Of a stretch of DNA of 41,712 nucleotides, positions 1 to 9,764 are shown one piece after another. The stretch lies in IMG/VR virus record IMGVR_UViG_3300042861_001875, positions 1 to 41,712 of that record; one strand, written 5' to 3'. The number at the start of each line of letters is the position of its first letter. The first letter of the stretch is position 1. Made by a program: the position numbers and the translations under genes. This stretch comes from a virus. Its lineage: Duplodnaviria > Caudoviricetes. Below the pieces are notes generated by a model. That model was not told where the DNA came from. It did not search any database and was given only the letters and a program-made list of their open reading frames with translations.

Positions 1-3000
1 TGCCTGACTAGCGGGTTGGTCAATTCGCCGATTTGCTCCATTCTCGAATTGAGGGCTTTTAGCTCGTCTTTTGGCGAAACGGAACCGGCGTTGCCTGATT
101 CACTCCTGGCAGCGGTAAACGCCTTTCCAACCGCACCCCCGAAATCCTTGTATCCCGAAAACTGAGCCCGCTGATCCTCGCTTAGCGTGTGCCAAGCGTC
201 CTGAGACTGCTGTTCTGCCTGGGCGCCGGTCTGAACGTGGCCCATAGACTTGACGCGGCCAAGCCCCTTGGCAATCGCGGATTCGCGGTGCTTGGCGGCG
301 TCTTCCGGGGTATAGGTCTTGGGGGAGAAATCGTCGGGTTCGGTGGCTTTGTCGCTGCCCGCCAGAACTTTCTTTTTCATGTGATCGCCGACCTTGGGGT
401 CAATAACGCCAGACGCTATCCCGTGATCAATAATTTCGGCGATCCTTTCCGGTTCAACTCCGTTTTGCATCGCCTTTTCCCAATCGTGGCGAGACAAGTC
501 CCCGGCGGTCGTGTTTTCTCTTGGACTTCCGGTAAACGCCTTTCGCCAAACGCCGATTTTGTGCTTTCGTGCTTCCTCCTTTTGCTCGTCAATCATTTGC
601 TGATTAAACTCGCTGAGCATTTTTGAGGAAGCGACTTTTTCGTCAGCTTCTTGGATCGTTTTCGGCTTTTCTCTTGCCGGCTTAGCCTTCTCGTCCCCGC
701 TTTTCTTCCCAATCTCCCCGATCTTCATTCCATCGAATTTCCCGCCCATCCCCGCTTTAATCGTCCCGTCTTTCTTGTCGATCATCACGGGTACGCCCTT
801 CGTGCCCGCGCCGTTTGGGTGAACGGTGATCCAATCGAACATTTGCTGACCAGGGGAGGATTTCAGCTTGCGTGCGGCGTACTGCTCGACGGATAGACCG
901 AAAAGTTCCGCCATAAATCGATCGACCAAGGAATCGGCGGCGGAATACTGGGAGGATTTCGGCTTTTCAATCGTAACCATTTTGGTATTTACTCCCGTTT
1001 TCCTGAATGCGTCGCTTCCCGAAAATGACCCTTCCGGAAGCGGTTCAACCTCTCCCCCAAGGCTTTCGACCCAATCGTCAAACTCTTTCCGCTTATCGGT
1101 CCCGCCGTGGGCCATGATCGCCACCAGCCTACCGCCCGGCTTTAGTTGCTGATATGCGTGCCGAACGTGTTTCATATCGGCCCCGCCTTCAAACGGGGGA
1201 TTCATCAAAATCCTATCATACTGGCCTCTGTGCTCCATGAAGTCAGAAAACTCAACATCGTGGCCTTTGGCTCCCAAAACATCCCCAAACGTCCTGTTGA
1301 GTTCCAATGCTTTGACCTTGGCTTCCGGCTGGCTCCGCTTGATTTGATCGACGATATCGCCTTTCCCGGCAGACGGCTCTAAAACCTCATGTCCGGGTTC
1401 TAGCTCGGCCTTGGCCATCATCCTGTCGATTACGCTTGGCGGCGTCGGGAAGAATCCCTCAATTTTCTTTCCGATCAAATCCCGTTCGGCCTTAACGACC
1501 GGGTCCGCGCCGGCCTTTGCCGACTTGAGCGGAATGTATTCTCGAAGTGCTTGCCGTAATTCGTGCTCGTTATGAATTCCCGCGGCCTTGAGTCGCCTCA
1601 TTGCCGAAGACGTGCTCTCCATTTTTTGGATTAGCGACTTAACTTCGTAGCTACTGCGATCGATTGCGCCGCTTTGCCTGATTTTGTCGTAAGCGGCCTT
1701 AAATGCGTTCCAAGAGTTGTTCCCGAATTTAACAACATCGTTCGGGTCACTCGATCGATTCGCCATCGATTCCAGGACTTGCCGTTCGTAACTTACGTTC
1801 CGCTTCCCTTTTAGCAGTCCGGCCACCTTTCGAAGCTCATTTGCCATCAGCGATGGATACGGATACTGGGCGTGGTCAGCGACCTTTTCCGTAATCGGCG
1901 GGGCCGTGTATAGGTTCTCTCGCTCGCTATGCGGCGCGTTGTCGTACTTGCCGTATTTCTTGTTCAGTTCATCCTTGAGCGATTCCGTCGCGGCCCGTCG
2001 AGCCACGGCGTTAAGTTCTTCCAGGTGTGTTGACTGCGTTACCCCGTCGAGGTACTTCAGTTTGCCAGATTTGAGCCCATCAGAAATTGCCCGCATTGTC
2101 TTAGCGTGTGCAATGTCGGCCATTGCTCGCCCTTCAATACTTGCGGCCATTCCGGCCCGCCGGGACGTATTGGTCAATCGATCGCGACCTAGCGTCTCGT
2201 TGGCTCGTTCTTCGAGCCTATCGGCGTGATCCTGAAGACGTTCCGCCGTCCCCATCTGGCGATCTTTTTTCATCGCTTCCAATTCATCGGATCGATCGAC
2301 ATTGCCGCTTTGGAGCGTTAAAAACTTGTCGCGGGCTTCCTCGGTCGGAAAGTGGAAGCCTCCCGGCGTGCCGCCGAATGCCTTGTAATACCAACCGCCA
2401 AGCCTTTTGGCGGCTGAGTTCATTTCGTTGTAACTGTCCGCATCCACCCTGGCGGTCGGTGAAGCGGTGAAAATATCGTGACCGCGTTTGCTGTGGAAAT
2501 TCTTTGATAGTTCAAATCCGACCCCCTTGCCTTCACCCTTAAATTCCTGCACTTCGGCCTTTTGGGTTTCCTTAGACTTCCGCTGTTCTCGGGTGTAATC
2601 GGCGGCTAACTGGTCGTACTTCTGCCGCTGTTCAGGGGTTAAATCGAGATACTTCCTTTCCCCTAACACCTTCCGAAAGTCTTCAAGGGTTTTCGGGTCC
2701 AGTTTCGCGGATTCTTCGGCCGCCTTTTCCGCCTCTCGCTTCTGAATAGACTCTCTTTGGCTTTCGACGTGGGCGGCTAGGCTTTCCTCGGTTTGGCTGT
2801 CGATCAATGCGGAGATTCTGGCCAGCTTGACCGTATCAATACCGACCCCGCCGCCAACCTCATCGTGGCTGTAAACGTTGCTGATTCCTTTTCCGATATC
2901 GAATGCGTACCCCATCAATGCGGCGTAAATCGATTCGGCGTTCTTGTCTTTCTTCTGGTCTTTTGACCTCCAATCTCCAAGATTTGAGGCGATATTTTGA

Positions 3001-5078
3001 AGCTCTTTTGCGTTGTATCGCTTTTGCAAATCAGCAACAAACGCGCCGTGATTATCCGCGTACAACTTGTGGGCCGCTTTTAGTTCGGCTAGGGAAAGGC
3101 GGCCGGCGTCAATGTCTTTAGATAGCGCTAGCATGGCTTTGTAACCGCCGTGCTTTTCCGGATCAAAGCTTCCAAACCTGTTGGCGTCCGGCTGAACCGA
3201 TTCGGGGGATTTCGCCGCCGGTTGTGGAGTCATCGGCGCTGCGGGTTGCTGAGCGACCGGCGCCGGCCTTTCGGCTTCACTTTGCTTTTCTGTCGTTGGC
3301 TTTGCCGGCCTTGCCATTCGGCTCGCTGGCTTCTTTGGTGCTTCTGGCGGCGTGACCGCTGCCGGCTTTTCGCTGTCGCCCGACCCTCCCCGGCCGATCT
3401 CCCCGATTTTCTGCCCGTTAAACTTGCCACCCATCCCGGCGGCGATCGTCCCGTCCTTTTTGCTGATCATCACCGGATGACCAACGGTTCCAGGTCCGTT
3501 CGGGTGAACGGTGATCCATTGAAATTCCATTTGGCCGGGAGACGACTTGAGCCGGCGCCGTTCGTACTGCTCAACGGTGATCCCAAGGGCTTCGGCCATG
3601 TAGCGATCGACCCAAGCGTCAACGGCCGAATACTTTCCGCCGACTTCTTTCATAAAATCGTAGATCGACTCATCGGCTTCCGATTTCAGGTCGGGCCGCA
3701 ATCGTCCGATTTCGTCCGCCACAAATTGAGCGGTTTCGGGATTGGGGGTCGATTCGACTAATCGGGAAACGTCGGATTTTCGAAGCGATTCGATGGAATC
3801 GGCTGCGATCTTGACGTGGTTCTTGAAGTTAAAGCCCTTGGGGGGCTTGCGGGGCTGTGGCGAATTTTCTGGCGATTTCTCTGTATTTGCGGAAATGGGC
3901 TTGTAATCCGAATGGTATTTCATCAGCCACTCTTCAGCGCGATTTGACGCCTTTTCTGTAGAATCGCCTTTCTCCTTGTACCAATTTCGAAATTTTGCTA
4001 GCGACCAATCTTCGGCCGGGCTTTGCGTTCTCCTGTCCCCGACTGCATCCCTTCGAAGCGAAGAAAACAGCCCATTGATAGCATTTAGTCCTTCTTTTTT
4101 GATGTCTGCAATTTCAGAATATGTGAGAGACTTCCCCGCGTCGGTCTTTTCGTAGGCCTTGACAATCGCGTAAACACCACCAAAAGACGACCTTTTGTGC
4201 GTAGCCTCTTTACTTCCGGGCTCTCTCATCATTTCCAGCATTAAATGTTCAGCTTTTTTAGCCGACGATTTGTAGGGCGATATTGGATCCCTGCCGCTTG
4301 CAATTTCAACCGCTTCTCGCTGATGCAATTTGGAAAGCGATTCCAATTCTATGATTTCCTTCTCTAATCGCTCTTTCTTGTATTTCTCGTCTGCCGGCGT
4401 CTGGTCGAGCTTTTGCCGTGTCATTGCCAATTTGGCCATTGTGCCGGCCATTGTGCGAACCCTAGCCGCCGCCGGAGGCTCTAATCCCATTTTTTTAAGA
4501 GCGGTTTCCAGGCTGACTACGATGGTTTTCCCGCCTTCAGAAACCGCAAACTGATGGACGATGTTTCGGCTTGTTTCGGGGTTCTGTACTGCTTCTTCCC
4601 AATCGCTAACCTTGACTTCTTTTGACTCCCCCCGGCTGTCGGGCTCGCTCATGTCCCATTTCCATTTCCATTCGTAGGAATCAAGCGAAACACCGCTTGG
4701 ACTTTTGATCGGCGATTCAAACTTCTGCACCCGACTACGGCGAGCGCCAGCGTTGACGGCTTCTTTGGAGGATTTAACGCTTTTCTCGCTTTCCGCCACA
4801 CTTACCGCCCCGCCCGCCCCTGAGCCCTCCCTGGGTGCAAACTGCCCGCCCTCGCCCGTTCCGGCCGGGTGCCTGGGGTGCGACTCTTCATCCCATAGCG
4901 ACTTTTGCCGGGCCGATGTCCTGAGCAGGTTCGACTCGGTGGCCGGATCGTCCCATAGGGATAGCTGGCCAGGGGAGTTGCGGGCTCGGCGTCGTTCGTA
5001 CTGTTCGACCGAAACCCCTAGCAGGTCCGCCATGAATCGATCGGTAACGCGACCCAAAATTTGATCGTAAGCGCCCAC
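1..5078 (-). CDS. Giant polyvalent (DarB-like, probably virion-delivered) protein with N6-adenine DNA methyltransferase domain; 3' end beyond window
   Basis: Not in the ORF track because it has no stop inside the window. GTG at 5078 follows AGAGG. Manual translation found no stop, giving >1,690 codons. N-terminus MGAYDQILGRVTDRFMADLLGVSVEQYERR...HPRHPAGTGEGGQFAP. MTase motifs at ~965-1460: GFFPTP, VLEPSAGKG, ILMNPPF, LKPGGRLVAIM. Three internal repeat modules. Confidence 0.85.
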   Translation of the reverse strand, partial: MGAYDQILGRVTDRFMADLLGVSVEQYERRRARNSPGQLSLWDDPATESNLLRTSARQKSLWDEESHPRHPAGTGEGGQFAPREGSGAGGAVSVAESEKSVKSSKEAVNAGARRSRVQKFESPIKSPSGVSLDSYEWKWKWDMSEPDSRGESKEVKVSDWEEAVQNPETSRNIVHQFAVSEGGKTIVVSLETALKKMGLEPPAAARVRTMAGTMAKLAMTRQKLDQTPADEKYKKERLEKEIIELESLSKLHQREAVEIASGRDPISPYKSSAKKAEHLMLEMMREPGSKEATHKRSSFGGVYAIVKAYEKTDAGKSLTYSEIADIKKEGLNAINGLFSSLRRDAVGDRRTQSPAEDWSLAKFRNWYKEKGDSTEKASNRAEEWLMKYHSDYKPISANTEKSPENSPQPRKPPKGFNFKNHVKIAADSIESLRKSDVSRLVESTPNPETAQFVADEIGRLRPDLKSEADESIYDFMKEVGGKYSAVDAWVDRYMAEALGITVEQYERRRLKSSPGQMEFQWITVHPNGPGTVGHPVMISKKDGTIAAGMGGKFNGQKIGEIGRGGSGDSEKPAAVTPPEAPKKPASRMARPAKPTTEKQSEAERPAPVAQQPAAPMTPQPAAKSPESVQPDANRFGSFDPEKHGGYKAMLALSKDIDAGRLSLAELKAAHKLYADNHGAFVADLQKRYNAKELQNIASNLGDWRSKDQKKDKNAESIYAALMGYAFDIGKGISNVYSHDEVGGGVGIDTVKLARISALIDSQTEESLAAHVESQRESIQKREAEKAAEESAKLDPKTLEDFRKVLGERKYLDLTPEQRQKYDQLAADYTREQRKSKETQKAEVQEFKGEGKGVGFELSKNFHSKRGHDIFTASPTARVDADSYNEMNSAAKRLGGWYYKAFGGTPGGFHFPTEEARDKFLTLQSGNVDRSDELEAMKKDRQMGTAERLQDHADRLEERANETLGRDRLTNTSRRAGMAASIEGRAMADIAHAKTMRAISDGLKSGKLKYLDGVTQSTHLEELNAVARRAATESLKDELNKKYGKYDNAPHSERENLYTAPPITEKVADHAQYPYPSLMANELRKVAGLLKGKRNVSYERQVLESMANRSSDPNDVVKFGNNSWNAFKAAYDKIRQSGAIDRSSYEVKSLIQKMESTSSAMRRLKAAGIHNEHELRQALREYIPLKSAKAGADPVVKAERDLIGKKIEGFFPTPPSVIDRMMAKAELEPGHEVLEPSAGKGDIVDQIKRSQPEAKVKALELNRTFGDVLGAKGHDVEFSDFMEHRGQYDRILMNPPFEGGADMKHVRHAYQQLKPGGRLVAIMAHGGTDKRKEFDDWVESLGGEVEPLPEGSFSGSDAFRKTGVNTKMVTIEKPKSSQYSAADSLVDRFMAELFGLSVEQYAARKLKSSPGQQMFDWITVHPNGAGTKGVPVMIDKKDGTIKAGMGGKFDGMKIGEIGKKSGDEKAKPAREKPKTIQEADEKVASSKMLSEFNQQMIDEQKEEARKHKIGVWRKAFTGSPRENTTAGDLSRHDWEKAMQNGVEPERIAEIIDHGIASGVIDPKVGDHMKKKVLAGSDKATEPDDFSPKTYTPEDAAKHRESAIAKGLGRVKSMGHVQTGAQAEQQSQDAWHTLSEDQRAQFSGYKDFGGAVGKAFTAARSESGNAGSVSPKDELKALNSRMEQIGELTNPLVR

Positions 5079-5146
5079 GGCTGGCCTCTAAAAGCGTAAA
5101 GAAATCGGTTTTGAGTAGTGTACCGGCCGGGGACGATCGGCACAAA

Positions 5147-6529
5147 TTAAGCAAATCGGGCCGAAAACCGTTCTTCCGGCCTGACCGGCTCGAATAGCTT
5201 CGGATTCGGCTTGAGCTTCGCGGCCAGAATCCGGGGGATCATGTTGTTGTGCAAAATGAACGGCCGAATATCGACCCCCTGCTGCCGTGCCTCTTGAATC
5301 ATCGCCGTAAGCTTTCCAAGGTGATTCGCGACCTGTTTCGGGTCGACGCCCTGAACCGCCTGGGAAGTCTGCCGAACCCCCATTGCGACGAGTTTCGGAT
5401 CGACGCCGCCGGATTCGACATAACCTCCCCACTGACGGGCCGCAGCTTTTCGGACCGAATCGGCGAGCGTATCGCCGGGGGACGGCTCAAATTCTTGGCC
5501 GGACTTGGCCGCCCGCAATCGTTGTTCGGATTGCCTTGATTCGTGGGCCAATTTCGCCCCGTGCATCGCTTGGGCGATCGGCTGGACAATCGCTTCAGCC
5601 TCGTTTGTCCAGGCGATCAGGGGCCGCCGGATCGCTTCGGGGAGGTTTGAGTAGTGGAGGGGGTGGGATTTGCTGCCAGGGGTGGGTTCTTTGACTTCGC
5701 CCGTAGACTGAACCGGTTTTTCCTTGGCCGTTTGGTCGCCCTGCTGCATCGGCAATCGTCCTTCCAGGTCGATCCCAGTACCACCCCCCGGGTGCTTCAT
5801 CGTCTTTTTAGGTATCGCCGCCGGCCGATTTCCCGCCGGCCTCGGTGTCGATTTGATCGGGCTCGGCGGGCCGGTGATTTTCTTCCCGGTCCGGCCGATT
5901 TCTCCAGAATTCGTGAGGAAAAACTGCTGGCCGTTGTCGCCGGTGACGTATCGGCCGCGGTCGCCGAATTTCCCGGTCGTTTGGCCGTCGGCGGCGTATC
6001 GGCTGACTTGTTTATTGATTGGGGCGTTTTGCGTCCCCCGCTCTAGCCAATCCTTGAATTGGCCGATCGTCATCGTGGTCACTGGACCTAGCTTCCACCC
6101 TTTCGAGTAGCACGCTAGATAGGCTTTTTTAGCTTCGTCGGTAGTCTTAAATCCGATCAGGGCTTTGTGTTCGTCGAATTGCCCGTTCTGATTGACCTGA
6201 TCGATCACTACAACGATTTCGCTGTCGGTGTCGGGTCCGATAAAAACGTCGAAGTGGTCGCCGTCGTGGCCTCTCGTTCCTTTGACGTACCCGTAATGTG
6301 CGGCAAGTTTTGGCCATCCGGGCTTGCGAGATTCACCCCTGGGAGTCTCAATCGTGATATCCAATCCGTGGATTCTGACGTGCCCCTTGGCGTAATTTCC
6401 GGCTTCCCGCTGCGCTTCGGTAGGTGTCTGGATTTTGCGTATCACTTCGGGCGACACACCCGCCGAAAATCGGTCGATAATCGCCCTGGCAGTAAAAGCC
6501 GCGGCAATGGCGTGGGCGTTAGATATCAC
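5147..6529 (-). CDS. Polyvalent-type protein with inorganic pyrophosphatase-like (InPase) domain
   Basis: PTEAQREAGNYAKGHVRIHGLDITIETPRG...HYGYVKGTRGHDGDHFDVFIG...DQ...FDEHKALIGF...AKKAYLACY is the InPase signature of phage polyvalent/DarA-like proteins. Confidence 0.8.
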   Translation of the reverse strand: MISNAHAIAAAFTARAIIDRFSAGVSPEVIRKIQTPTEAQREAGNYAKGHVRIHGLDITIETPRGESRKPGWPKLAAHYGYVKGTRGHDGDHFDVFIGPDTDSEIVVVIDQVNQNGQFDEHKALIGFKTTDEAKKAYLACYSKGWKLGPVTTMTIGQFKDWLERGTQNAPINKQVSRYAADGQTTGKFGDRGRYVTGDNGQQFFLTNSGEIGRTGKKITGPPSPIKSTPRPAGNRPAAIPKKTMKHPGGGTGIDLEGRLPMQQGDQTAKEKPVQSTGEVKEPTPGSKSHPLHYSNLPEAIRRPLIAWTNEAEAIVQPIAQAMHGAKLAHESRQSEQRLRAAKSGQEFEPSPGDTLADSVRKAAARQWGGYVESGGVDPKLVAMGVRQTSQAVQGVDPKQVANHLGKLTAMIQEARQQGVDIRPFILHNNMIPRILAAKLKPNPKLFEPVRPEERFSARFA

Positions 6530-7986
6530 GGCGAATAAACCTGAGAAAGTGAAGCGCTAGCCGCGTTTGGCGTGGTGATCCGAATTTTAGCGATCGTCCC
6601 GTTCTGCCGCGCGAAAGAAAGGTCGTATTCCTGCTCGCGGTACAACATTAACTGAGCTAATCCCGTCGAGTCGGTCACGTCCTCGATAACCGCATTGACC
6701 GCCATTGTCCCGGATGCTACCGACCATCCGGCCGGGAATCGGGCTGTCACTGTCACGGATTCGAACGGGCTGCCGGATTGCTTTGCGACGTAAACTGAAA
6801 GCAGACATTGAGACGGCGACGGCGGGGTCGGTGCGGGGATCGCGACTAAGGTTTTTGTGACCGTCGCGTCAGCGGCGACTACCAGGGAAGAATCTGCGAC
6901 GGGCTGGTATCCCGGCGGGGGTGTCGTTCGAAGCGTATAGGTATCGGCGTCGAGATTGATCACCGCGACACCCGACGAATTCGAATAAACGACGGTTGAC
7001 GTTCCGGCGATCGAGAATTTCGTTGCGGGGACGGCGCCGGCGGTCGAAGTCGCTACCAGGGTGATTGCGTAATCGCCTTCGCCGCCGCCGCCGGAAGGGG
7101 CTTGAGATAGTGCCGTCGATTTCCACCGCCAGATGCTTGAGACGAATTCTAGCATCGTCGAGAGAGCGTAGACGACCAGCCCCATCGTGCCGGTAGCGGC
7201 TGAATACCCACCGACCAAGGCGGACCAGACACCAGACACGATTGCCGAAATAGCGTGAACGTGGCTGTTTGGATCAATTTGAATCTTGTCGCCTGCGGTC
7301 GGTGCCGATGTTAGCGGTTCTTCAATCGTGATCGTCGACGTGCCGTTGCCATTGTTTACGTAGGTTAAAATCGGGCTATTTTGGTTCGCAATCGTCGCAT
7401 CTTCCGCAAAACTCAAAACAGAGTGCTTGAAAGCTCCTGTCGGGTAATCAACCCCGGAAACGCTGAATACAGTCGTCGTTGGAGTCGGGGACGCAAGAAC
7501 GGTGCCTTCGACTAGCAGATTACTTTTTCGAATCGTGTCGAGATTTTTGCCGGTCGAATGTGCCGACAAGTGATCGCGGTTATCCTCGTCCCAGACCGCA
7601 TCGGCAATTGACCCACGCTCGCCTGTCGTCAGCGAATAGCCCGCTTTGTCGCTGTTTGCCACAGTCGTTACGGCTGGGGCTCCGACCTGCTGGACGTCGG
7701 GGATAATCACGTGGCCCGCGAGCGACCCCTCGATCGTCAATCGTGGGTTGGCGGACGCGTATGCCGCATCGGGGATCGCGATCTCGTACGATCCATCACC
7801 GACATCGGTGTAGTTTGGCGTCGGCGCACCGGTGATCGTGATCGCGACTGCTGCCGATCCTTGTCGCTTGTAGTTGATCACCGCACCGTTGCTGTGGAGC
7901 GCCAAACCAGGGGCAGGAATACCGCCGTCATCAAAGATCCGGATCGTCGCTAAGTTTCCTGTCGAACCAACGGGTCGCAGACTCAT
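6526..7986 (-). CDS. Putative virion structural protein (beta-rich, Ig/CnaB-like C-terminus)
   Basis: Thr/Ser/Ala/Gly-rich. IADAVWDE and IVSGVWSA motifs are common in phage structural proteins. ATG at 7986 follows GGAGG. Lies in the late operon. Confidence 0.55.
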   Translation of the reverse strand: MSLRPVGSTGNLATIRIFDDGGIPAPGLALHSNGAVINYKRQGSAAVAITITGAPTPNYTDVGDGSYEIAIPDAAYASANPRLTIEGSLAGHVIIPDVQQVGAPAVTTVANSDKAGYSLTTGERGSIADAVWDEDNRDHLSAHSTGKNLDTIRKSNLLVEGTVLASPTPTTTVFSVSGVDYPTGAFKHSVLSFAEDATIANQNSPILTYVNNGNGTSTITIEEPLTSAPTAGDKIQIDPNSHVHAISAIVSGVWSALVGGYSAATGTMGLVVYALSTMLEFVSSIWRWKSTALSQAPSGGGGEGDYAITLVATSTAGAVPATKFSIAGTSTVVYSNSSGVAVINLDADTYTLRTTPPPGYQPVADSSLVVAADATVTKTLVAIPAPTPPSPSQCLLSVYVAKQSGSPFESVTVTARFPAGWSVASGTMAVNAVIEDVTDSTGLAQLMLYREQEYDLSFARQNGTIAKIRITTPNAASASLSQVYSP

Positions 7987-7987
7987 A

Positions 7988-8797
7988 TCAGCCTCCAATC
8001 ACGGCAGCATGGCTCGCGGCAAAAATGGCCAGCGGGTTCGACGGAAACGCAAACAATGCGGGGACAGAGGCCGGTGTCAGCATTCCGCCGCGGCCGATCT
8101 GGTAGAGTTGCAGGATTTCACTAGAAGAAAGCGTTCGCGCCCAAAGGATTAAATCATCAAATCGACCAGCAACGTACTCATTGACTATTGAATTTGCACC
8201 ATCCAATGCACTTCCAATTGTTAGGTCGTTAGTTGTATTTCCGACCTGCGTGTTGTAAGTGAATGCAGACCCTCTTGGGAGTCCATTAACAAAACACTGA
8301 CTTCCGTTACTTACTCCAGCACGTATTTGAACAACTAAATGATTCCATAATGAATTTGCAACGTTAACTCCGCTGGAAGCGAACTGCGATGCCACCCAAT
8401 TAAAAGTCCCAAAAACATTGTTGTTTAAGGTAATTGAAAAAGTTCTATCTCGGCTAAAAACCGTTCGAAACGACGCTCCAGCGCCTGAAGTTTTTATCCA
8501 CGCTTGGATTGTTTTATCTCCGATTAATGCGTCAAATGATTGACTTTTTTGAATCAAAACGTAATCGTTCGTTCCGTCAAAATCCAAAGCGTATCGACCA
8601 CCATCGACCACCCAGTCGGTAGCCGCGTCCATGTTGGTCAGCGTACCCCAGCTTGATGGGCCGCTAAGATCCGCCAATCGTGTACCAGTCGGCCCAAGGC
8701 AGGGAGCGTAGTAAGCCCGCACGCCGTCCCACAGCTCTGGGTACGCGCTCTGCCCATGCGTTCCAAAATGCTCCCAGCTTGGCAGGTCTACGATCAC
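7988..8797 (-). CDS. LamG/concanavalin A-like lectin domain virion protein
   Basis: ALDFDGTNDYV, TIQAWIKT, WNHLVV, CFVNG, LTIG, GRFDDLILWARTLSSSEILQLY. Confidence 0.8.
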   Translation of the reverse strand: MIVDLPSWEHFGTHGQSAYPELWDGVRAYYAPCLGPTGTRLADLSGPSSWGTLTNMDAATDWVVDGGRYALDFDGTNDYVLIQKSQSFDALIGDKTIQAWIKTSGAGASFRTVFSRDRTFSITLNNNVFGTFNWVASQFASSGVNVANSLWNHLVVQIRAGVSNGSQCFVNGLPRGSAFTYNTQVGNTTNDLTIGSALDGANSIVNEYVAGRFDDLILWARTLSSSEILQLYQIGRGGMLTPASVPALFAFPSNPLAIFAASHAAVIGG

Positions 8798-9321
8798 GCC
8801 CCGATCCTCCAGCGATGCGGGACGATCTCGATCCGAGTCAAATTACCGCTAGCCGGCGACCTGTTTCGAAACGCGACGGAGAAGTTGTTGATCAGCAGCG
8901 GGGCGAGATAACGAGCTGTCGGCTGAATCCACCAGGGCTGTTGATACAACCGTGTTTCCAGATCGTTCGTAGCGACTAGGCTAAATAACCGCCCGCCCAA
9001 TTGTCGCAGGTTGGCATCGTTCGTTCCTCGCGTGTACGAGCCATCAGACCCGGTCAGCTTTGCCGGGAAACGCGTTCCGTCATGCGACCAACCGAGATAC
9101 AGATCCGCAGTCCCTCCCGCCGTTGGTGCAGTGCCGGTCTCGACGAACAGGTGGATCGCGAGCCACGGCGGAATGTTTGCGCCGAGGTCAACAAACTCAC
9201 CCTGTTGCGCAGCAGTGTTCGCCAGCGCGTTGACCGAAATGATCTTGGTCACACCGGTCCCGCCTGACGGTCCCCAGACGATCGGGGTTTGCGGCACTAG
9301 ATCAGCAAATGACGTTGGCAT
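8794..9321 (-). CDS. Hypothetical virion protein
   Basis: ATG at 9321 overlaps the upstream TGA (TGATG coupling). Beta-rich composition. Confidence 0.6.
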   Translation of the reverse strand: MPTSFADLVPQTPIVWGPSGGTGVTKIISVNALANTAAQQGEFVDLGANIPPWLAIHLFVETGTAPTAGGTADLYLGWSHDGTRFPAKLTGSDGSYTRGTNDANLRQLGGRLFSLVATNDLETRLYQQPWWIQPTARYLAPLLINNFSVAFRNRSPASGNLTRIEIVPHRWRIGA

Positions 9322-9764
9322 CAGAGATGTCCTCCGGGTCGGCGCGGCATCATTGCGACCGACACCTCGTTCGCGGAAATTGTTTGTGGCGACCACGAAA
9401 GCAGTTCGATTTCGTTAATGTCCGCCTGAGAAATCAGCGAAGCAGATAAAAGTACTTGCATCATCAATTGGACTGATTCAAGGGTGAAATCGATCGAATC
9501 ACCGGTGGCAACGTAATCAACGAGCGTTTTGCAAACGACCCGCACGGTATAATCTTTTGACGTATCCGAACACGTCAACGCAATCGCACCCCATTTCTGG
9601 TTGCGACTCGCGATTTTCATAATATCCCGCGTCGAGACGAAAACCCGAACCGGCGGAAGTATTGCCGCCATCCTTCCCGCGCATCCCTGATCGTCGCCGG
9701 CGATCGCGAGTCGCGACGCATTGGGATCGGCGTCGATTGCTTCTAGCAATTCTTCGGGGGTCAT
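9321..9764 (-). CDS. Hypothetical protein
   Basis: ATG at 9764 overlaps the upstream stop (ATGA); coupled to neighbours. Confidence 0.6.
   Translation of the reverse strand: MTPEELLEAIDADPNASRLAIAGDDQGCAGRMAAILPPVRVFVSTRDIMKIASRNQKWGAIALTCSDTSKDYTVRVVCKTLVDYVATGDSIDFTLESVQLMMQVLLSASLISQADINEIELLSWSPQTISANEVSVAMMPRRPGGHL

Noticed and set aside
189-5064. Many + strand ORFs in the track
   Set aside because: Antisense shadows of the continuous - strand giant ORF; no recognisable motifs
7988-8797. Diversity-generating retroelement target in the lectin gene
   Set aside because: No reverse transcriptase and no template/variable repeat pair seen in the window
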